NCBI GenBank assembly: GCA_043750125.1
Contig: JAYVCD010000051.1
Span: forward strand, 1-54,165
Source: Archangiaceae bacterium
GTDB taxonomy: Bacteria > Myxococcota > Myxococcia > Myxococcales > Myxococcaceae
Direction: 5' to 3'
Length of the DNA: 54,165 bases
Shown: positions 29,482 through 36,304 of the stretch, one piece after another
Layout of the letters: each line of letters starts with the position of its first letter
Numbering within the stretch: position 1 is the stretch's first letter
Notes under the pieces: generated by a model
Seen by the model: the letters and a program-made list of their open reading frames with translations, nothing else
Databases searched by the model: none
Told to the model about the DNA's origin: nothing
Translations under genes and position numbers: made by a program

Positions 29482-30033
29482 ATGGGAAAGGTGCTGGTGC
29501 TGTTTCATTCGAACACCGGAAACACCCGGAAGATGGGCGAGCAGGTCGGGGTAGGCGCGGCGGAAGTCCCGGGCACGGAAGTGCGGGTCCGCTCGATCGA
29601 CGAGGCCAACCGCGAAGACCTTTCGTGGTGCGACGGGATCGCGCTCGGCTCGGCCACCAACCTGGGCACCGTGCCCTGGCAGATGAAGAAGTGGTGGGAC
29701 ACCCTGCCCGGCGACGTCTGGCAGTCGCTCGATGGAAAGCTCGGCTGTGCGTTCTCTTCTTCGGGCGGTTGGGGCGGGGGCACCGAGCTGGCGTGCCTCG
29801 AGATGTTGATCGTCCTGATGAACCACGGGCTGGTGGTGTTCGGAGTGACCGACTACGTCGAGAAGCACCACACCCTGCACTACGGAGCGGTGCAGGCGGG
29901 CGAGCCGCGCTCGGAAGAAGAGATCGCTTCGTGCCGGCGGCTGGGTCAGCGAATGGCAGAATGGATCGCGGTATTCGTCGACGGGCGCAAAGACCTGCAC
30001 CCCATCGCCCGCGGGTACAAGCGGCAGTTCTAG
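29482..30033 (+). CDS. Flavodoxin-like WrbA-family oxidoreductase
   Basis: HSNTGNT FMN loop, DGIALGSAT, GKLGCAFSSSGGWGGG. Confidence 0.88.
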   Translation: MGKVLVLFHSNTGNTRKMGEQVGVGAAEVPGTEVRVRSIDEANREDLSWCDGIALGSATNLGTVPWQMKKWWDTLPGDVWQSLDGKLGCAFSSSGGWGGGTELACLEMLIVLMNHGLVVFGVTDYVEKHHTLHYGAVQAGEPRSEEEIASCRRLGQRMAEWIAVFVDGRKDLHPIARGYKRQF

Positions 30034-30722
30034 CGGCTGCCCGCGTCGGCGGCGGCTCGTTTCCCAGCGTCGGACGAAGCGGCGGCAAGCCGGGCAGTGG
30101 CACGAAGGGCGGCCTCACGCTCGACTGCGGCGAACGTCTCGACCGGACCTTTGACGTTGTTCATGTTGGTGAACACCGAGGGAATCATCCCTCCCGGGTC
30201 GGCGCTGAAGCGGTAGATGAGGTGCGCTTTGCCGTTGGCGGCCGGGGTGACCGACCAGGAGCCTTCGGAAATCATCAGCCGGACGACGCCGCTGCGCTGG
30301 GGAATCTTGTCGGGCATCGCGTGCCAGTGGCTGGCGTAGATGCCCTGGGTCCAGGGCTTCCGTGCGTCCTTGTCGATGTAGACCTTGTGGATGAAGTCCC
30401 GAGGCGAGAGCACGGGCATGTCGAGGCGAAGGTAGATGTAGATCGCGCCATCGGGGTCCCGGGGGGCGATCTCTTTGGCTTCGGTCATGTACGGCATGTA
30501 CCGGGTGAAGCGGGACGTGTCGGTGAGGACGTCCTGGATGTCGACGACGTCGCCTTTGATCTCGCCTTCCGCCCAGATTTCTTTGACCCCTCCGTTGGCC
30601 CGGTTGCGCGCCTTGACCACAATCGGCTCGGACTGCAGCGTTTCCCACGCCTGTTCCCCGGCCTTTGCGGCGGCAGCGACGAGTAACGCGACGCAACACA
30701 TCAAGCGGGGAATTCGGGGCAC
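30030..30722 (-). CDS. Secreted START-domain lipid-binding protein
   Basis: Signal peptide; YLRLDMPVLSPRDF, GSW, ADPGGMIP; start at 30722 or 30701. Confidence 0.8.
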   Translation of the reverse strand: MPRIPRLMCCVALLVAAAAKAGEQAWETLQSEPIVVKARNRANGGVKEIWAEGEIKGDVVDIQDVLTDTSRFTRYMPYMTEAKEIAPRDPDGAIYIYLRLDMPVLSPRDFIHKVYIDKDARKPWTQGIYASHWHAMPDKIPQRSGVVRLMISEGSWSVTPAANGKAHLIYRFSADPGGMIPSVFTNMNNVKGPVETFAAVEREAALRATARLAAASSDAGKRAAADAGSR

Positions 30723-30905
30723 GGTTCTTTTTATAACGCGTTCCTTCGAATTCAAATTCAGCACCGCCGGCCGCTGAACCCACGCGCTCGACCGACTTCT
30801 GGGTTGCGCCTCGCTTGTTCGCTGACCGAACGGCCCTCTCGGTGATGCCGAGGGGCGCCGGCAAATTGAGTCTCGCCCGCACCCGAGCGCGTTAATGTCG
30901 GGCGG

Positions 30906-31346
30906 ATGCCACGTTCCAAGAACCCCACCGATGCCGTGTTGAAGCAGCTGCGCGACTTCGGGCTTGCGTACCCCGGCGCTCACACCAAGAGCCCGTGGCC
31001 GGGGCACCTGGACCTGGCGGTCAAAGACAAGACGTTTGCCTACCTGAGCATCGAGGGCGAACCGTTTGGCATCTCGTGCAAGCTTCCCCAGTCGAGCTCG
31101 ATGGCGCTGATGCTGCCCTTCACCGAACCCACCGGCTACGGGCTGGGAAAGAGCGGCTGGGTGTCTGCAAAATTTCCGGAAGGAAAGGCGCCGCCAATCG
31201 AAATGCTCAAAGCGTGGATCGACGAAAGCGACCGAGCGCAGGCTCCGAAGCGGTTGGTCGCCACTTTGACTGGGGAACGTCCGGTCGGGGTGGTTACGGT
31301 TCGAGCGACGAAAAAGAAGGCAGCGCGATCGGCTGCCAAACGATGA
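30906..31346 (+). CDS. MmcQ/YjbR family protein
   Basis: PW..H...VKDKTF, PTGYGLGKSGWV, WIDES...APKRL. Confidence 0.88.
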   Translation: MPRSKNPTDAVLKQLRDFGLAYPGAHTKSPWPGHLDLAVKDKTFAYLSIEGEPFGISCKLPQSSSMALMLPFTEPTGYGLGKSGWVSAKFPEGKAPPIEMLKAWIDESDRAQAPKRLVATLTGERPVGVVTVRATKKKAARSAAKR

Positions 31347-31356
31347 AGGGGCCAAG

Positions 31357-31605
31357 ATGAGTGCTTCGATTCCGCTTGAACCGGACCCCGCGCCGAACCC
31401 CCAGCCGCTTCCTGCGCCTGTCCCCCAACCCGAGCTTCCGCCGATTCCGGCGCCGCCGCTGATTCCGGTGCCGGTGCCGCCGCCGCAGATTCCCGAGCCG
31501 CCGCCGACGCGACCGGAAAGACCGCCCGAGCCGACCTACGACCCACCGGGAGACCCTCCGCCGGCCTCCCCGCCGCGCCCCGCGTTTGATCCGCCGGTTG
31601 CCTGA
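31357..31605 (+). CDS. Small proline-rich hypothetical protein
   Basis: 82 aa, 38 Pro by my count; purine-rich RBS-like stretch upstream; fits between two co-oriented genes. Confidence 0.55.
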   Translation: MSASIPLEPDPAPNPQPLPAPVPQPELPPIPAPPLIPVPVPPPQIPEPPPTRPERPPEPTYDPPGDPPPASPPRPAFDPPVA

Positions 31606-31662
31606 CTTCCCAACGTTGCGGGAGAAGTTGATCGCCCCCGGGGACGATGAGATGCAGCCTCG

Positions 31663-32502
31663 ATGGCGCATCGAGAGCTGCTCGTGGTCGGCAACTATGC
31701 CCACGACGAGATCATCACCCAACGGGGCGAAACGTTTTCGGCGTTAGGCGGTGCCACCGCGTACATGTGCAGCGTGCTGGAGGCGCTGGACGCGGATTAC
31801 GAAGTGGTGGCGAAGGTGGGAAAGGATTTTCAGTACGCCGCCGAGGTCATTCGCGCTCCGATTGTCGATGACGCGTGCCCGACGACCCGCTTTCTGGACG
31901 ACTTCACCAGCGGGCGAAGGGAAGGAACGGTGCGCTCGTTGTGCGCTCCGATTCGGGCCGAAGACCTGACCTGCACCGCCCGAATTGCGATCGCCAACGG
32001 GTGCGCCGGGGAAGTGCTGCCGCAGACCGTCGCTCGGCTGCGAGCCATTTCGGAGGTCGTCGTCTGCGATCTGCAGAGCTTGATTCGGGTGCTGGGCCCG
32101 GGAGGAAAGATCGAGCTGATCCCCCTTTCGAAAACCGGTCATCCGATTTCATCGATCGACTTTCTCAAGGGCAGTGAAGAGGAGTCCGAGTATGTCGACC
32201 TGCGCGGACCTGGAAAGCGGCCCATTTTGATCATCACCCGCGGAGCGCAAGGCTGCGAAATCGTCGAAGGCTCGAATCGAACCGTGGTGCCCGGCTTCCC
32301 GGCCGAAGAGATCGACGCCAGTGGAGCGGGCGACTCGTTCATCGCCGGCTTCGCCTACGGGCTGTCCAAAGGCTTCAGCGTTCTCACGTCCGCGCGGCTC
32401 GCCAACCATTGCGGCAGCCTCGCGGTTCAGAAGACGGGAATTCCCCGTCTGACCCGGGAAGACTTCACCGCGGTGCTCAACTCACTCCGCCCTTCGCACT
32501 GA
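31663..32502 (+). CDS. PfkB-family carbohydrate kinase
   Basis: LGGATAY, ITRGAQG, IDASGAGDSFIAGF PfkB signature. Confidence 0.9.
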   Translation: MAHRELLVVGNYAHDEIITQRGETFSALGGATAYMCSVLEALDADYEVVAKVGKDFQYAAEVIRAPIVDDACPTTRFLDDFTSGRREGTVRSLCAPIRAEDLTCTARIAIANGCAGEVLPQTVARLRAISEVVVCDLQSLIRVLGPGGKIELIPLSKTGHPISSIDFLKGSEEESEYVDLRGPGKRPILIITRGAQGCEIVEGSNRTVVPGFPAEEIDASGAGDSFIAGFAYGLSKGFSVLTSARLANHCGSLAVQKTGIPRLTREDFTAVLNSLRPSH

Positions 32503-32617
32503 TGCGGTCCACGAAGGCCTTCTTTGTAAAGCAATCGATTGTTCTTCCACGCAACTTCAAATCGCGATGTACGACAATGTCGCATCATTTGCTGAATCCC
32601 ACCTGCCCAGGACCCCA

Positions 32618-33037
32618 ATGAAACTTCGCCCGACTCCGACTGCAAGCCGCCCCGTCTCTGGTGGCGTTGCCCGCCCCACTCCTACGGCCACGCGCCCGGT
32701 CAAAGGAGGTGGAGTGAAGCCCACCGCGACCGCGACTCGCCCGGTGAAAGGCGGAGGCTTCGCCAAGCCCACTGCGACTGCAACGCGCCCGGTCAGTGGC
32801 CACGGCGTCGCGCGCCCGACTCCGACTGCGACCCGCCCGGTGGACGGCGGAGGTTTTCGCCCGACTCCGACTGCGACCCGCCCCGTAGACGGCGGTGGCT
32901 TTATTCCCACCCCGACTGCGACCCGCCCGGTGAAAGGCGGAGGTGTCGCCCGTCCCACCCCGACCGCGACTCGCCCGGTGAAAGGCGGGGGTTTCGCGCG
33001 TCCGACTCCGACCGCGACCCGGTCGACCAAGGCCTGA
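32618..33037 (+). CDS. Thr/Pro-rich tandem-repeat peptide, putative multi-core RiPP precursor
   Basis: ATG 32618 preceded by AGGA; 139 aa = MKL plus 9 repeat units; synonymous variation between units; 10 bp upstream of the kinase. Alternative start at 32567. Confidence 0.75.
   Translation: MKLRPTPTASRPVSGGVARPTPTATRPVKGGGVKPTATATRPVKGGGFAKPTATATRPVSGHGVARPTPTATRPVDGGGFRPTPTATRPVDGGGFIPTPTATRPVKGGGVARPTPTATRPVKGGGFARPTPTATRSTKA
32627..33034 (+). repeat. Coding tandem repeat: 8 full units of 45-48 bp plus 1 truncated unit
   Basis: Units RPTPTASRPVSGGVA, RPTPTATRPVKGGGV, KPTATATRPVKGGGFA, KPTATATRPVSGHGVA, RPTPTATRPVDGGGF (x2), IPTPTATRPVKGGGVA, RPTPTATRPVKGGGFA, RPTPTATRSTKA. Confidence 0.95.
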
Positions 33038-33047
33038 TCTTCGAGCG

Positions 33048-34025
33048 ATGGCAGTGAAACCCGAACAGGCGCTGCGCCGCTGCATGCGGTCGTGGCGCCT
33101 TTCGTCGTTTGTAAAACAGCCGGCGAGCGGCTCGAAAAACCTGCTCCATTTGACGCGCGACCGGGCCGGCAAAGCCGTGCTGCTCAAGTGTGCGCCGAAC
33201 CCCTTCGACGCGGGAGTGACACGAGAGGCCAATGTCCTGCAGGCGCTCGCACCCGTGATGGGACGCGGCTTGCTGCTTCCCAAACGGCTTGCCTTCGACC
33301 CGAGCGCGCAGGTGCTGGCGCTGGAATGGCTTCGTTCTGCGCCGACGCTGCACGATTCGCTTTGCACGACGCGAAGGCTCGCGGTTCGTCTGCTTCTCGA
33401 GCTCGGCCGTTCGCTCGCGCAGCTGCATCTGCGCTCGGCCCGCGCGCAACCGCTTTTCGATTGGGCGACGGCACCCGACGAGACCCTGCTCGACTGCTTC
33501 ATCTGGACGCGGCCCGCCTTCGCCTCGAGGTTGAGCATCGATGGGACCTTGTTGATCGGCTCGGTGCAAAGCGACCTGCGCGCGCGCGCCGGGTTGATCG
33601 AGCTGTCGGGAAATGCGCACGCCCGCTGCCTCATTCACGGCGATGTGAAGTTGCCAAACCTGTTGGTGACGCGGCGTGGGCCGGTGTTGATCGATTGGGA
33701 ACTGGCGCAGTGGGGAGACCCCGCCCAGGACCTCGGGTCCCTGACCGCAGATTTGATGCGTCGGCAGATCGCGCCCGACTCGGCACGCGAGGCCCTCGAC
33801 CCTCGTGCGCTCGCGCAGGCCCTGGCTGCCATTCGCCGCGGCTACGCGTCGGTGGGCGGTCCCCTGGGGCTCGCTTTGCGTCGTCGGGTTCGGCTCTGGT
33901 CGGGGGCTCATCTGCTCTTCTACGCCCACGCCCTGGTGCTCGCAGAAGGAGCTTTGAGCTGGGCTTCGCAGGCGCTGGCGTTGCGCGCGCGCAGCTTGTT
34001 GTCCGAGGTGCCGCGTGCCGATTGA
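33048..34025 (+). CDS. APH-family phosphotransferase, LanK/TvaC-like peptide kinase
   Basis: LIHGDVKLPNLL catalytic loop and LIDWELAQWGDPAQDLG; overlaps the HopA1 gene. Confidence 0.85.
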   Translation: MAVKPEQALRRCMRSWRLSSFVKQPASGSKNLLHLTRDRAGKAVLLKCAPNPFDAGVTREANVLQALAPVMGRGLLLPKRLAFDPSAQVLALEWLRSAPTLHDSLCTTRRLAVRLLLELGRSLAQLHLRSARAQPLFDWATAPDETLLDCFIWTRPAFASRLSIDGTLLIGSVQSDLRARAGLIELSGNAHARCLIHGDVKLPNLLVTRRGPVLIDWELAQWGDPAQDLGSLTADLMRRQIAPDSAREALDPRALAQALAAIRRGYASVGGPLGLALRRRVRLWSGAHLLFYAHALVLAEGALSWASQALALRARSLLSEVPRAD

Positions 34026-34938
34026 ACGATTGCCCGCGCGCTGGACTCAACTGCTGACCCGGCTCGAGCGAACCGCGACGGGACGAACGCAACTGAAGCC
34101 CTTGAGTCAATCGCTGTACGAGAACCACTTCGCTCGGTGGACCCCGACTGCAAACGCTCACCTGAATGATCCTGCGTTTGTCGAACAGCTCGCACTTTCG
34201 ACCCATCGGGCGGCGATGTGGGAACAGGGCTGGGAGCTCATTCAGCGCGAGGGCCCCTGGAGCTTCGTGCACAGCGGCTTCATTCAGTTGTTCGTCCGCA
34301 CCGCCGACGAAATCCGATCGCGGCGAGCCCGGGTCGGACAACAGGTCGAAGTGCGAATGCCGTGCCTTCGGGAAGGATTGATGCCCGGTTTTCTGTATGC
34401 CTTTGCACGCGCGGGCGGCATTGACCCCGCTGCCGCCCACGTGCGGATCTACCTCAACGTCCAGGCCGAGACAGCGGCGAGGATTTTCCAGACACTGCTC
34501 ACCGCGGAACCCTTCGAGCGACTTCGCTTCGAGATGAAAATGCCTTCGACCCGCGCCGCTTTCTCGCGCTGCGACACGATGGTCGTCTACGCCGAGCCTT
34601 CGAATGCGCACCGACTGCTGCGTCAGCTTCGCGCGCTCAAACGAACTTTTCCGCGAGGGTGGCGCTCGCCCACCCCTTTTGCCGCGTGGGAAATCGAGCC
34701 GGGAATCGCGCTCGCCGAGTCTCCTCCCCTCGCGGCGGGTGCAGCCCAGAGCTTCGGCCAGCATCGCTCGGGCCTGGTGGCGCGCGCGGTGGTCGAAGGC
34801 CTGGCCTTCAAAGAACGCACCGCCGCACTCTGGGCGGCGAGGTTGTGCGCGCTGCTGCAGACCGAAGGCATCGACCCCCAGAGGCCCCATCGACAACGAC
34901 TGGAGCCCGCCTTCTGGGACCGGCTGATCAGGTCGTGA
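34015..34938 (+). CDS. HopA1-family protein, LanY/TvaD-like phospho-Ser/Thr lyase
   Basis: MPGFLYA, VRIYLNV, FEMK...RCDTMVVY, PGIALAESP, SFGQHRSGLVA motifs of the HopA1 family. Confidence 0.85.
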   Translation: MPIERLPARWTQLLTRLERTATGRTQLKPLSQSLYENHFARWTPTANAHLNDPAFVEQLALSTHRAAMWEQGWELIQREGPWSFVHSGFIQLFVRTADEIRSRRARVGQQVEVRMPCLREGLMPGFLYAFARAGGIDPAAAHVRIYLNVQAETAARIFQTLLTAEPFERLRFEMKMPSTRAAFSRCDTMVVYAEPSNAHRLLRQLRALKRTFPRGWRSPTPFAAWEIEPGIALAESPPLAAGAAQSFGQHRSGLVARAVVEGLAFKERTAALWAARLCALLQTEGIDPQRPHRQRLEPAFWDRLIRS

Positions 34939-36304
34939 GGCTGACCACCCCGTTGCTGTCTCCGAAGCTGGTCGCCGGCACACCCAGCGCGCCCAGCACG
35001 CCCATGTAGACATTGGACAGGCGGGTGGCGGCGGTGTTGACGATCAACCGGCCCGGCTTGACGCCCAGCGCCGCTCCGCCCACCAGCAGCGGCATCATGT
35101 TCGCGTGGTTATGCGCCTGATCTCCCATGTCCGAGACGCCGACCATGATCGTGTTGTCCAGCAGCGTGGTTCCATCGGGCAGAATCACGGCTTTGAGCTG
35201 TTTGGCGAGATCTGCGAACTGACTGACCAGCCAGGTGTTCACCGCCTGCTGTTCAGCGATCTTGAACGGGTCGCCGTTGTGATGGGTGATGCCAATGTGC
35301 CAGCCGTCGGTCACCTTGGCGCCGGCGGCCGTGTTCAGAAACGTGTGTTGCATCTCGCTCACCGTGTTCGCGTAGCTGAAGCTCACGACCGGAGTGACCC
35401 CGCACTGCAGCCCGAGCACCATCAGGTTCTTTTCCAGATTGAGATGATCGCGAATGTCGGCCGGAATTCCAGCGGGAGCCGTCCCGGGAACACACTGCGC
35501 CGCGGGGGGCGGAGTCACCGGAACCTGCGCGAGCCGAGTCTCGAAATCTCGAATGTTGGTCTGCAGCTGGTCGACCTTCGCGGCATCTCGCGGGTTGAGT
35601 TTTGCCTTCAGCCGCGCGGATTCGTCGATCGAATGGTCGAGAATGCTCTTCTGGTACAAGAGCCGTTTCCGGGCGATCGCAATCTCGGGGGGCGTGACGG
35701 GAGCCGTGGTCCCGCTGAACATCGCGGTGAAAGCGGTGCGGGGGTTGCGTTCGGGGGGCAGCGGCTGGCCCGGCGCGGCCCACGACGTCGAATAGCAGTC
35801 GGGGTACGGGTAGCTGCCGTCTTCGCACTGGGTCGTCCCGGCGGTTCCCAATTGCATCGCGGGAATTCGTTTCCCCACGCCCAGAATCTTCGAAGCCACG
35901 ATGTCCATCGACGGGCCGACGTTGAGCATTCCCGTCACCGGATGCATGCAGGTGAGCAGAGCGGCGACGCCGCGGGCATGGTCCCCAGCGATCGAATCTT
36001 GCGCACCCGGGTTGGTGATGTTGGTGACGATGGTCAGCTCATTGAGCAGGTTGGCGGCCGCAAAGGGCGCGAACACCGGGCCCAGCTTGGCGGCGGTCAT
36101 GGTGCCACTTCCGGCTCCGACGGCCAGTCGCGCACCCGCGGTGGGCGTCCACGAGGTGGGAAAGTGCCAGACAATCAAATTGGGGCTGCGGGGGCTGGCC
36201 GCAAAAGCCGAACCTGAGACCATCATCTGCTCGAGCAGCGGCAGCCCGATCAGCGAACCACTGCCGGCCAGAAAGCCGCGGCGGGAAATCTGCCATCGCT
36301 TCAA
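34928..36304 (-). CDS. DUF1552 domain protein
   Basis: Tat-like ISRRGFL.G...LPLLEQM, PPERNPRTAF, KSILD, TLLDNT, FGDSNG; TTG start overlaps the upstream stop. Confidence 0.9.
   Translation of the reverse strand: MKRWQISRRGFLAGSGSLIGLPLLEQMMVSGSAFAASPRSPNLIVWHFPTSWTPTAGARLAVGAGSGTMTAAKLGPVFAPFAAANLLNELTIVTNITNPGAQDSIAGDHARGVAALLTCMHPVTGMLNVGPSMDIVASKILGVGKRIPAMQLGTAGTTQCEDGSYPYPDCYSTSWAAPGQPLPPERNPRTAFTAMFSGTTAPVTPPEIAIARKRLLYQKSILDHSIDESARLKAKLNPRDAAKVDQLQTNIRDFETRLAQVPVTPPPAAQCVPGTAPAGIPADIRDHLNLEKNLMVLGLQCGVTPVVSFSYANTVSEMQHTFLNTAAGAKVTDGWHIGITHHNGDPFKIAEQQAVNTWLVSQFADLAKQLKAVILPDGTTLLDNTIMVGVSDMGDQAHNHANMMPLLVGGAALGVKPGRLIVNTAATRLSNVYMGVLGALGVPATSFGDSNGVVSLTT

Noticed and set aside
16399-30033. 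Classical 2-deoxystreptamine aminoglycoside cluster
   Set aside because: No DOI synthase, glycosyltransferase, deacetylase or recognisable resistance gene in the cluster.
32557-33030. Minus-strand repeat ORF (GRVAVGVG units)
   Set aside because: It is the antisense mirror of the plus-strand ORF, which has an RBS and is coupled to the kinase/HopA1 genes.
32627-33034. Periodic 45-48 bp repeats as a CRISPR array
   Set aside because: The units vary at synonymous positions, keep frame, have no unique spacers, and no cas genes are in the window.
33048-34025. Kinase as an aminoglycoside self-resistance gene for the cyclitol cluster
   Set aside because: It overlaps a HopA1 gene and follows a Thr-rich peptide, which fits a peptide kinase better; not fully excluded without an assay.
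32618-34938. Standard class V lanthipeptide or thioamitide cluster, or a type III effector locus
   Set aside because: No Cys in the peptide and no decarboxylase, cyclase, YcaO/TfuA or T3SS genes in the window.
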